Source of the DNA: Podarcis cretensis | Lineage: Eukaryota | NCBI GenBank assembly: GCA_951804945.1 | Contig: OX638151.1 | Location: 75,454,001 to 75,518,000 of the forward strand | Direction of reading: 5' to 3' | Length of the DNA: 64,000 bases | Part shown: positions 35,261-46,650 of the stretch, piece after piece | Position numbering within the stretch: position 1 is the stretch's first letter | Layout: each line of letters begins with the position of its first letter | Notes under the pieces: model-generated | Told to the model about the DNA's origin: nothing | What the model saw: only the letters and a program-made list of their open reading frames with translations | The model's database searches: none | Made by a program: the position numbers and the translations under genes

Positions 35261-36537
35261 TGTAATGTCTCTAGTTCCCCCTAGGGGGATTACAGTTGCT
35301 TGATAGTCCTTTTCCAACAGCCCGTTACTTTGTTGTTTATGACTACGTTGTTTCCAGCCACCTCAGTTCAAAAGCAACACTTTTAGTTCAGAAAGTTATT
35401 AAATAACAAAGTTCTTAAATTTTAGCCGCCCGTTTGACAGCTCCTTTGACAGCTGTCAAACTCCTTGTTCTTTTTCCTCCGGCTCACACACAGGACGCTC
35501 CCGGGTTCGGGAGGGGGCGGGTTTACACAAAAGCTTCCAAAACTCCTCACTTTCTCTCCAGCACAAAGACTTCTTCTGTCAAACTCATGGAAATATTTTT
35601 TATCTAACACCAAAAACAGTACTCTCCACCTTAGTCCACCGATCCTTGCTTTAGATCGTTTGTAGATAGGGGGGTGCAGACTTCCCTTTAGCACATCCCC
35701 CGGTTGTACCGAATTCAAAGATATAGATTTTAAAGTCCAAATTCCTTTCTACTCACGGGTTATTTGTTTCCAGTCCGAATTTTGGGGAAAAAGTCAGCGC
35801 TGTCCGGCCATGGCACGCGGCTTCGCTCCACTGAAGTAGCGGTCTACTCTCAGCACCACGCCACCCCCCGTACCCTCTCTGTAGCCTTTAAAAAGGCTCT
35901 TCGTGGGTCAGGGAAGGCGCTTAAAGGTGCCCACCGAGTCACCAAGTCCGCAGGCTTCCGCGCCTGCGGTTTCTGAGGGTCCCCGCGTTATTTGTTTGTT
36001 GTTTGTTTTGTTTTATGCTCCTTTATCAAGCGTGGAGTTGTTTTTGAAACCCTTTGAAGTTTCCCTAGCGAACAAAGTGTTTGCCTCCCCAATGCAGACA
36101 TTGTTTGCATTAAAAGTTCAAAACCAACTGACATCAACAGCAGATGAAAATGGTTACCATCTGACAGCTGCAGGGAGGAGGGGGTGGGCCTTAAAAAAAC
36201 AATTAAAGTCCCCATGCGTGGCAGGGACAGAAAAGCGTGCTTTGGAAGGAACTGAAGAAGAAGAAGAAAAAGTCAAGGTCTACAGTATTCGTTGCCTGTG
36301 ATATGAATCGGATGTGAACAAGTTGGACTTCAGGCTGCTTCCCATGCACATGGCAAAGGACACAGATTAAGCCTTCACATTATGTAGGGAATGGCTGTAT
36401 CCCAGGGCTGTATCCCAGGGGCCATATTGGCTGGGGCTGATGGAGGCCAATGATATCTGGAGAGCCACAGGTCAAACTCACCTGGTTTCCATGCAGAAGA
36501 CCTTCCCAAGGTCAGTCCTTAGCATCGTCCCCTGAAA

Positions 36538-36663
36538 CAAGGGTAGTTAACCTGTTGCTTTCCAAATGTTGCTGGACTCCAGTTCCCAGCCAGCATGGCC
36601 AATGGTCAGAGAAAATGTCAGATGCAGTCTAAGATCTGGAGGGTCATGCATTCCCCATCCCTG
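36538..36663. mobile_element. ~135-bp palindromic hAT-like MITE
   Basis: CAAGGGTAGTTAACCTG..ATCTGGAGGGTCATGCATTCCCCATCCCTG. Confidence 0.65.
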
Positions 36664-36679
36664 GCTAAAAGAATCAAAT

Positions 36680-36803
36680 AGTTGGTGGTGAGAACAACCT
36701 CCACCTGAGATGAGACCCTGGGAGCCACTGAAATCAGCATAGAGAAGACTGGGCTAGATAGACCAATGAGTTAACTCAGAATAAGAAAGTTTTATGTATT
36801 CAT
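36680..36803 (+). mobile_element. Old tRNA-SINE 3' half with a CR1-like tail
   Basis: CCTGAGATGAGACCCTGGGAGCCACTG..GGGCTAGATAGACCAATG..TTTTATGTATTCAT. Confidence 0.5.
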
Positions 36804-37065
36804 ATCTTCCCCTGCTATGCCCAAAACTTCTACAGGTGGAAGCCCAGTTCACACTGATGGCTGTATGCATGGGAAGGAAAGTGTTTGAGCCCCAGACTTA
36901 GTTGCACTCCCCATTGCATATGCAACCTACAAATCAGCTTTTTCTCTCTGCCAAAATCTTAGTCTCCCCCTTTTTTGCTGCTACAGTAACACAGGTATAT
37001 GTTTCACAAGTATGAAGCTTTCCTTGCCATGTCCCAGGAGCATCTTTCAAAACTGAAGGTGAGTA

Positions 37066-37393
37066 CAGTGGTGCCCCGCAAGACGAATGCCTCGCAAGAC
37101 GAAAAACCCGCTAGACAAAAGGGTTTTCTGTTTTTCGAGGCGCTTCGCAAGACGAATTTCCCTATGGACTTGCTTCGCAAGACGAAAACGTCTTGCGAGT
37201 CTTGCGATTTTTTTCGCTCCCCCCCCTTTTCTAAGCCGCTAATAGCCGCTTAGCCGCTTTGCCGCTAATTGCCGCTAAGCCGCTAATAGCGCTAATTCGC
37301 TAAGCCGCTAATAGGGTTGCTTCGCAAGACAAAAAAAACGCAAGACGAAGGGACTCACGGAACAGATTCTTTTCATCTTGCGAGGCACCACTG
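37066..37393. mobile_element. Tc1/mariner (Tigger/pogo-type) MITE, young
   Basis: TIRs CAGTGGTGCCCCGCAAGACGAA / TTCATCTTGCGAGGCACCACTG; TA on both sides; CpG-rich. Confidence 0.92.
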
Positions 37394-38762
37394 TACAATG
37401 ATTTTTGTTTATTTGGATGAACCATGATGTCTTGGAGGGAAGGGTAGCCCTTAGCCAGAGGGATTGTTAGAGTCAACCTGGACCTCTAAGCATTTGTCCA
37501 GCCATGGTACCTACCATTAACAGGTCCAAAGCAGTATGAGAAAATCTGCTAAGCTAGCAATGAAATTGCTACAGGGAGAGAACATGGTCTGGAGCTGCTA
37601 CATTGTTTTCATGGTTGTTTTTTTTCTAAACACACTAAATTGCTTCATAAATGCCCGTCATGCCTCCAGAAATTTAAAGATAGAAAGCATCCATTATATG
37701 ATGGCTTCTGCATTGCTCAGTGTTCATTTGCAGTATTTCAGTACAATAAATTCTAGAGGACAGATGTTCACATCTACACTGGCAGCAGAACTGGGCAAAA
37801 TAATTCTTACCAGTTGTGAAAATAGCAAAGCCAATTAGGTCCCCATCAGATCTATAAAAACCTAGTCATAGTTCCTTGAAAGTTAAGTGCCTTTGCTTTT
37901 TGCATGAACTTTGCACCGAAAAAGAAACAAGCACATTTCCCCCAGCACTAATGCACCCTAAACTTGTTGACGTCCTTTTTTCTTTGGACTTGTGTCAATG
38001 AAATGCTGTTTTATTGTTTTAATTGTATTTTAAATTGGAAAATTCCTCTGATATATTTTATGAACAACAGCTTATAAATAATTAAAAATAAAATCCACAT
38101 ATGTCATGCCAAGTATTGTTTTACTTCTGATAATACAGTATCTTCTGCTGCTGCAATATGGATTGTGTGTGTGTTTTGCTCTTGGCCAAACTGCACATCT
38201 TCAAATATTACTTCTATAGAACTAATGGGAGTGGATCATACATGTCAGCAAGTGGCGTAACTAATACAATTACTAAATTTAGAAAGATGTTCATACTAGT
38301 TAGATGTGCTGTCTTGATATCTGAGTGCAAGTCAAGATCTTGGAATATTGATGATCATTCCTGGTAATCCCATGACTTTGTGACATTTCCTTGGACATAA
38401 ATGTTATAGGTCAGGTTGCCACATAACAGTGTTGGCCCATTCATCATGCAGATCCAGGAAACACCGAGATATATTTCCAAATTTGAAATATTTTGTATTT
38501 GAGAAATCATTCTATGTTGAGCACTAAGTGTACTGCTGTCATGGGGATGAATTATGGGCAAGTTGGTTTCTGCACGCAATGCCTTATCTAGTCTGGTAGG
38601 GTAACCATAGTCCAACAGGGGGCAGGGCTTACAACTTTTTGGGAGGCGCGAGATAGGATATTTGATGGGGCAGCTTCCTGGCCACTGCAACACACCAATG
38701 CAGGGGCATTGTTAGGGGGTGGACTGGGGACCCAAGCCCTGGGGTTTTTTGTGTGCTGCACA

Positions 38763-39478
38763 TAGGAATGGAAGGATTTCAATTCTCCCACTCAGGGGTG
38801 GAGGAAGGTGTGTGTGGTGGGTGTGGTTCACCCGGGTGTCACCACTGAGGGGAGTGTCAAAATGCCAGGTGGCACTCACCCCAGGGCCTGCAGTGCACCC
38901 GAGCCACGCATTTCTCCTGGGAGAGATGTGGTGGCTTGTGCGTGCGCAGGCTCTGCGCCGCCCAAACAGTCTGCCCACTGCCCCCTCCCCAGCTGTAGGG
39001 TGGCTGAGTGGGAGGAGACAGGCAGACTCCAGAGGCTCCGTGGTGCGCCCTGCCCCTGGGCGCGCCGCCCCAGGTGCCCGAGCGGCTTCCTCCACCACTG
39101 CTCTCACTTACTCATATTTCAAATCTTATATTGAGTTCTTCATATTTCTGCAGCTATTTGACATTCATGATGAAAATTCATTAACATTTTAGTGTGACTT
39201 TCCCCCCTGATAAACACAGTTTCGTATGTAGTTTTGACTAAGGTACACATCTTTGCAAGCAATTCCCCTTGCATTTCTATATGTTATTTTCATGAATATA
39301 TTAATTTTTATGTATGCTTTCCCAATACATGTAGTTGTTGGAGAACTGCATTGGAAAATTTGGCTAAGTGCAGATTTCAACAGACAGCTGTATTTTAGTG
39401 CACATATTGTTTTAGAAAGTGTAGGCTTGATAGGGTTCACCTTTAAACGATAAATGAATTGAATCCCCCCCCCAATCT
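38763..39478. mobile_element. Old DNA-transposon-like repeat (TAGG(G/A)ATG start, hAT/Ac-like) hosting a nested hAT
   Basis: Begins TAGGAATGGAAGGATTTCAATT; the AT-rich body resumes after 39108. Boundaries are approximate. Confidence 0.45.
38793..39100. mobile_element. GC-rich non-autonomous hAT element
   Basis: 15-bp TIRs CAGGGGTGGAGGAAG / CTTCCTCCACCACTG; 8-bp TSD CTCCCACT (38785-38792) / CTCTCACT (39101-39108). Confidence 0.85.
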
Positions 39479-40827
39479 TTTGATACACATCAGATTGCTT
39501 GTCCCTTCCACTCCTTTTTTAAAAACTTTACCAACTCTGCGTACAGTACTACGGGGCATGCTGCAAAGCGCAGAGTCCACTCACAATCTGCAGAGCTAAT
39601 TTAAACATATGAATTAGCATTAGCAAATGTTATAAGTAAAATGTGCCTACACCATGGAGTCTTTTAAGTGCTTAGCAATGCCTTGACTCTGTGAAAAAAG
39701 CTGCACTTATAAACCCTTTCTCATCTCCAAAACACTTAAAGGGGCAGACATTTTGCCCCTCTTGGCATATGGTAGATTGCTAGTTTCTTTAAGAGCATGA
39801 CATTTCCTTTAAGAGCCACCATACATTAACCAAATCAGACATCCACAAAACAGAGGCACAACTTAGTTGGAACTGACAGAAATATGTCCCCCCCCCCCCC
39901 CCGCAATTGTGAGACAGAAGAGTAACTTAGACCAGTTTTCAGTGTTAGAGAAGTTTAAACGGTTGGACTTTTAAGTATCTGTGCTCTGGGAATGATCTTT
40001 CACGGAATGCCTTTTTCAGAGAGAAAATCGGCTGCGTTTCACATAGTCCAGATGATGTAGGAACACCTGATTCTTTAGCACTCACTAAATAAGTGTGGAT
40101 CTAATCACTGCTTGGACAGGAAACTAGTGGGTGCCCATGTAAGCTGATCTGACCTTTCCATGGAAGAAAAGGTGATGCCTACCTGAGAACTTGGAGAAGA
40201 ATTCCACTTGGCAAAATTTTGTTCAAGGGCCCAACTTGTAATCAATATTACTATTTGACTCCTATTAATATGCTACTAGTATCCCACTTCATCACAGATG
40301 TAGAAGTTGAAGTGCTAGGAAGTCAGTAATGTTATTAATTATAGTAAATGCTAAAGGACACAATCTGCTGCAGGGACACCCCCTCCCCTCTAAATAATGG
40401 AGAGGACATTTTCTCTTTGTTGTTGTTAGTCCTAATTGAAGTCTTTATTGAGACTGTGGGAATCTGCCAGATCTGGATGCAAGAACAAGAGATTTGGGTT
40501 CTGGGGCTGGTTCTGCCATTTATTTACTGTGTAACCTTTATTGTTAATTGAATCTCTCTGCCCTATTGTAGCATCATTAGCAAATGTCTGTGTTCTTAAG
40601 ACAATGCATTTGTTCGCAATGTTCCTCTGTGTGAAAGCAAGGACGAGATGTCCTCTCGGTGGCCTGCAGCAAAAGCTTCCACAATGATATGCCTATTATC
40701 AGCGCAAACCTGCACAGGATTTGAGGCCTGCTCCTGACCTTACAAACTAAATTCAGATGAAAGGCAGCTCCCCAAACACCAGGAGACACCAGTCTATTTC
40801 CCCCTTTTCAATGTGTAATGTCTAGAA

Positions 40828-40966
40828 GAGGGATAGTTAACATGCTGCCTTCAAAATATGTTTAGATCCCAACTCCCATACATTCCAGCCATCATGGCCC
40901 ATGGTCAGGGATGATTGGAGCTATACTTTCAGCAACATCTGGAAGACCCCACATTTGTTACCCCTG
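40828..40966. mobile_element. ~135-bp palindromic hAT-Charlie MITE
   Basis: 8-bp TSD GTCTAGAA / GTTTAGAA, the Charlie-type NTCTAGAN target. Confidence 0.8.
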
Positions 40967-41260
40967 GTTTAGAACTAGTTTCCTATGTCACTAGTTGGTT
41001 TATTTTTACATAATTGGTTTTATATTCCCACCCCACATCATTGGCTTTAACTGCCAGGCAATGAGTAAATGCACTATGTCTAGACGTCAGTATTGTAAAT
41101 CCATTAGGTGGGGCCTACTGTTGCTCTTATTTTGTCCAGTGTCTTGCTTTTTTCGCATTTTTTGAAGAATCATTATTAATGATGACATGGGCAGGTTGCA
41201 GTATATTATGAAGTTGGAGAGGGAAGATGAACTAGATTTAAAACTGCTATTGACATCAGC

Positions 41261-41262
<2 letters not shown>

Positions 41263-41299
<37 letters not shown>
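41263..41299. repeat. (GT)18 microsatellite
   Basis: Perfect dinucleotide run. Confidence 0.97.
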
Positions 41300-41301
<2 letters not shown>

Positions 41302-43541
41302 CATCTAGTTCCAGTTTGTTAATGGACGTAGTGAATTGTCCATTTGTTATCTTTAGTATATTAATTAATTGAGGCCTGGTTTATACATTGCCAGAGTGAT
41401 CTATCCCATGCTCTTTGAGGAACCTCTATTCGAAGGAACCTCTGGGTGACATAGTCACTTCAGATGCCCACATCACTTGGTTTCCATGCTGCTCGAGCAT
41501 TTAATTAATTGGGTGTGAATGTTTTCCATGCATGAGAAACCAAAAGGTTTTTTTTTAAAAAAAAACCCAATAAGGTCTTCTTCTTTTTGTACCTGGCATG
41601 ACCAATTCCATTCAAAAGGATCCAGAGACTCAATAGCATTAAATACATCCATGGGGACTTACAGTTTTTCTCTAGTTCTGATTTTCTAAGAAGTATCTTC
41701 TCATTCCAGGTGAGTGAACTGACATAATTCACAGACTGCTCATCCTGTTCTGCAAATCTGCTACTCTGTGTATGGCAGAAGGTTAGGTTGGAAGTAGCCC
41801 TGAAGATAGCAGAGTACACCTAGAACTAGTGTTTTAAAAATGTCTACCAAATGCAAGCTTCTCAAGTTGGGTGGATTTAGAATTAGGATTTAGATGTACG
41901 TGTATTTGTGCACATGCACACATCAGTTTATAGCTGACCTCACCAGAAGAGGAACCAATAAAATGTCCCCCCCCATGTTATCTTACAAGGAAGTTTCTGT
42001 TGCCCACACAGAGATGAAAGCACAGAGTGCATTCTGCTCTAGAACATTCTGGAGGGTTTTGTACCATTCAGCTTTTATGCCATTCAGCTAACTATTGTGG
42101 AATTAAAACACAATTAGTGTAGCAAAACAACAGTTTGCATCTTTTAATTATGTCTTTGGTTTCTTTTTAACATAATGTTTTAATTACATTTCTTTCTCTT
42201 TCTCTCTCTCTCTCTTCTGTTCTGTTTTTATTGATTTGGTGCCAGTTCAATTGTGTCACCAAGACCTCCCAGTACTCAATGAATTACCTCGGGGGATTCT
42301 GTCTCTTTCACTGTTTTAAAGTAAACCAGATCTCCAACTACCTACAAAACAAAATCCAAAGAGCAGGAGATGAGAAGAAGAAGAAAAGTTTGTTTGTTTG
42401 TTTGTAAAGGATCCATGCTCTATTCTTAAATTTATTCAGTGAAGGCCAATGAACACATGATATTTCCCCCCACATCTGTGGGGTATTATCCAACCCAGCT
42501 GCATGTTCACATGGCAAAGTAGCTCCTGAACTGCATTTCAGACATGATGGCTTAGGTGAAAGGAGGGAGCAACATACAGATATAAGAAAAGCAGTGGAAC
42601 ACCCACGGAAAGAGAAAAATTCTCCACCATTCATCACTCAGTGAAGAAAACTGGTCAGATATCACCATGACAGGAATTCTGGTAAAGTATGCTGTCCATT
42701 TCCCACATTTGTCTACATAGTTTTTCCTACACTGAGATTATTTCTGGGTAGGAAAAAATGTAATGTATGAAGTGGCCCTGATTGTTTAAAGATTGGCTGT
42801 CATTAGGAATGACATATTTACAAAGACAATAGGCTGGTTTCAATGCACTATCTTCCTCTGCAGAAGTGTTTTTGGATGGATTCCTGCGATGGAATATGAA
42901 CAGGTTTTGCAGGAAAGGTATGTGGACAGGATACTCTATTCCCGCCAGCTTCTGTTCATCCTTTCCGGAAAAGAAATGACCAGTTCTTGCATTGTGTTTT
43001 CCATATATGTAAGAATAATTTCAAAAGCACCTTCCATAGAGGAAAAGTAGATCCAAGGCCAAGGTAGCCGTCTCACTGGAAAAGCACACTGAGTTTGTGA
43101 AAAGTAGCCCAAGCTACTTGTATTGAAATATCTCTTTCATGTGAACCACAGCAGGAAAGTATGCTGTGATGCTTCAGAGTTCCGAGCCAGTCATGTTCTT
43201 ATTCTGAAGCTATGGAGAGCCAGTTCCTATTCCTTGCTTCCATCTTTGGTATATTCCTTGCTTCCTCTGCAGTTTGGTCCTCAGGCCATCACACACAACT
43301 GCCACAGGTATATGTCATGGATGAAGGAAGACCATAGGACCCTGAATAACAAAGATAGTTTGTACCTATGAAGTAAATTTAGCTTATTTCAGGTTAATCC
43401 TGTTCCAGGGTCTTTCATCGCAGGCATATGCTCTGATCAAGACATCTGTAGTCCTCAGATGGAAAGTGCATGAGCATGGGTTTCAGTCATTGAATTAAAT
43501 TAAGAAAACAGGAGAGAGAGAGAGAGAGTGATCCAGTAGTA

Positions 43542-43908
43542 AAGGTAAAGCTAAAGGTACCCCTGCCCGTACGGGCCAGTCTTGACAGACTCTGGAGTTG
43601 TGCGCCCATCTCACTTAAGAGGCCAGGGGCCAGCGCTGTCCGGAGACACTTCCGGGTCACGTGGCCAGCGTGACGAAGCTGCTCTGGCAAGCTGGCACCA
43701 GCGCAGCACACGGAAACACCGTTTACCTTCCCGCTAGAAAGCGATCCCTATTTATCTACTTGCACCCGGAGGTGCTTTCGAACTGCTAGGTGGGCAGGAG
43801 CTGGGATCGCAGACGGGAGCTCACCCCGCCGCGGGGATTCGAACCGCCAACCATGCAATCGGCAAGCCCTAGGTGCTGAGGATTTACCCACAGCGCCACC
43901 CGCATCCC
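43542..43908 (-). mobile_element. Sauria SINE, full-length
   Basis: 12-bp TSD GATCCAGTAGTA at 43530-43541 and 43909-43920. Confidence 0.95.
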
Positions 43909-44442
43909 GATCCAGTAGTACACATGCACTAAGTTGCATGGCAGTGTCATAAATTGTAATTTTGAGGCTGCATACATTGGAACTCTGATGTGCACAATGC
44001 GTGCTGCCAAGTTCACTTAAGTGCCAGCAAGTTGTGAGCCCTGTGTCAGTTTCTGCACATCCCTGGGACATTTGTGAGGGGGTGCTGTTTATCTGAAATT
44101 AAATTTGAGAATATGATGAGACACACGGGAAGATGGACCTGCACTGGAATGAACTGCCCCATACTTTAAGCCTTTCCCCATGTGTATCAGGTCCCTGTGG
44201 GGTCGCAACTACTATCCTAGGACCCATCACCACTTCTGAAATTAATAAACATGGCTAATTGAGGCTCCTTAATTTCAGTGGTCCTCTTCTGACTAGGACT
44301 TAGTTGAATACCACCCTGGACTTTTTTGATGGTGGCCTCAGGTCCCTTTCAATATGCTTGTAAATTACCAGCTACTGGGAATTATTCTGTTTTAAATGTT
44401 TTCTCTCATGAAGTTTTTATGCCAACTTAGTTTTACTGCTTT

Positions 44443-45324
44443 TTATTGTCCCCCTGCTTATTTAACTTATATGCAGAATTAATCATGCGAAAGGCTGGGC
44501 TGGATGAATCCCAAGCCGGAATTAAGATCGCCGGAAGAAATATCAACAACCTCAGATATGCAGATGACACAACCTTGATGGCAGAAAGTGAGGAGGAATT
44601 AAAGAACCTCTTAATGAGGGTGAAAGAGGAGAGCACAAAATGTGATCTGAAGCTCAACATCAAAAAAACGAAGATCATGGCCACTGGGCCCATCGCCTCC
44701 TGGCAAATAGAAGGGGAAGAAATGGAGGCAGTGAGAGATTTTACTTTCTTGGGCTCCTTGATCACTGCAGATGGTGACAGCAGTCACGAAATTAAAAGAC
44801 GCCTGCTCCTTGGGAGAAAAGCGATGGGAAACCTAGACAGCATCTTAAAAAGCAGAGACATCACCTTACCAATAAAGGTCCGTATAGTTAAAGCCATGGT
44901 TTTCCCAGGAGTGATGTATGGAAGTGAGAGCTGGACCATAGAGAAGGCTGATCGCTGAAGAATTGATGCTTTTGAATTATGGTGCTGGAGGAGACTCTTG
45001 AGAGTCCCATGGACTGCAAGAAGATCAAACATATCCATTCTTAGGGAAATCAGCCCTGAGTGCTCACTGGAAGGACAGATCCTGAAGCTGAGGCTCCAAT
45101 ACTTTGGCCACCTCATGAGAAGAGAAGACTCCCTGGAAAAGACCCTGATGCTGGGAAAGATGGAGGGCACAAGGAGAATGGGACGACAGAGGACAAGATG
45201 GTTGGACAGTGTTCTCGAAGCTACCAACATGAGTCTGACCAAACTGCGGGAGGCAGTGGAAGACAGGAGTGCCTGGCGTGCTCTGGTCCATGGGGTCACG
45301 AAGAGTCGGACACGACTAAGCGAC

Positions 45325-45364
<40 letters not shown>
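44443..45364 (+). mobile_element. Bov-B (RTE) LINE, 5'-truncated
   Basis: RT NINNLRYADDTTLMAESEEELK, ESWTIEKADR*RIDAFELWCWRR, HGVTKSRTRLSD; (CAA)n tail 45327-45364; 14-bp TSD AGTTTTACTGCTTT at 44429-44442 and 45365-45378. Confidence 0.97.
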
Positions 45365-46539
45365 AGTTTTACTGCTTTAAAAATGTTTAATATTGTATTA
45401 AACATTTAATATTGTATCAAAGTGCTGTATTTTATGTTGCATTTGTTATATGAATCTAAAAATATTGTAGGTTTGTTTTGGGGATTCCAGTCAAACAATC
45501 AACCAATGAATCCAATATTGCAGAGAGTACTGTACTATACAGTACTGTACTGTAGTGAAGTAGGACCCTAATCCTTCAAATGATCTGAAGCCCATTTAAC
45601 TATGTAGATTTGTGACTTGGCTCTGTAGCTGAAATCTCAGTGCAGACCTTCCTAACCCCCCCTTTTTTTGTAAGCAAGGGAGGAAAATGTTTTTGGTTTC
45701 AGGGTCTTTAGTCCTTAACATTTTCATCTTTCATTTTCTTCATTCCACAGGTAGCTATTTACATCTGCTAGTCATGGGAGAGTCAATGATTAAGCGAGAA
45801 AGCTCTGTACTTTGAGGAAAGCCAAATAACCAACATATATTTGTTTAAATGCCTTTCAAGGGCCCTCTTACCAAGATCTAACCATGCATGTTTCTCTCTC
45901 TCTCTTTCCCTCTCTAAGCTTGAGAAGCCCAGACATGGATTAAAGGATTTAGCTCTAAATTCCTAAAAAGAAAACAACATGAACCACCCAAATTAGCTGG
46001 TAACTTGTCTTGGTCTAACAAAAACAAAACACACAGGAAAACATTAATCATGCTAGCCTCTGTTCAGGTGGAATATGGCAAGTTGCAACAAAATCACTTG
46101 CCACAGGATGAAGGTAATTTATTGTTGGCTATTTAGTTCAGCTGGGGAGAAAGACCCAATAAAAACGCAGAAATGATTTTGTTCCTCCTGAACAGAACTT
46201 GCTGGTTTGGCACCAAGCAGCATTTTGTTTATATGTTTGTACTGTGTGAGTCAGCCAGGACTGGAGTTGACAATTGTTTTTAAGAGAGTGAGGAGTGATA
46301 TGATTGCCCTTGGTGTCAGAACTGGCGCCAGGAGTGAACATTGTCAGTCACCTGCTGAGACCGACATCACAGTAGAGGGTCCCCTGCAAACCTGGCAAGC
46401 CTGTTTCTCCTCCTTGCTGTCACATCCTGTTCACCTGTGTGCTGCAAGTGTGGGAGCAGTGACAAGGAAGGCAAAGGAGGAAGAACCTCCATTTACTTTA
46501 CTCTCCCCCGGAAGCAATGTATATTAGACCTAAATGAGA

Positions 46540-46650
46540 GCTATGGAATCTGTGGCCTTCCATATGTTGTTGGTCTCCCATTTCCACAACCTCCACTTCC
46601 ATTGTCAATGGCCACATCTGATATTTAATCTGAGGGCACCCATGCAGCCT
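46540..46650. mobile_element. ~135-bp hAT-like MITE, decayed
   Basis: GGAATCTGTGGCCTTCCATATGTTGTTGG..ATCTGAGGGCACC. Confidence 0.5.

Larger units (their letters stand above)
33867..35986 (-). mobile_element. Non-autonomous L1-like retroelement with one short ORF and no ORF2 (HAL1-like candidate), interrupted by a Sauria SINE
   Basis: CpG-rich 5' end at ~35750-35986; ORF 35260-34317; L1-type 3' UTR with the G-rich GGAAGTCAGGGAAA motif shared with the L1 at 60510; AATAAA at 33911-33906; A-rich tail at 33867-33897. Both ends lie in (GTTT)n sequence, so the TSD is unresolved. Confidence 0.75.

Noticed and set aside
37066-37393. CRISPR-like array of short repeats
   Set aside because: The DNA is eukaryotic; spacing is irregular, orientation is mixed, and the repeats are enclosed by TIRs and TA duplications, so it is a MITE.
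38712-39192. CpG-island promoter or GC-rich ORFs
   Set aside because: The GC-rich part coincides with a hAT element bounded by TIRs and a TSD.
44784-45299. 171-aa antisense ORF (similarly 7253-7762 and 50136-50594)
   Set aside because: Antisense shadows of LINE ORF2 sequence.
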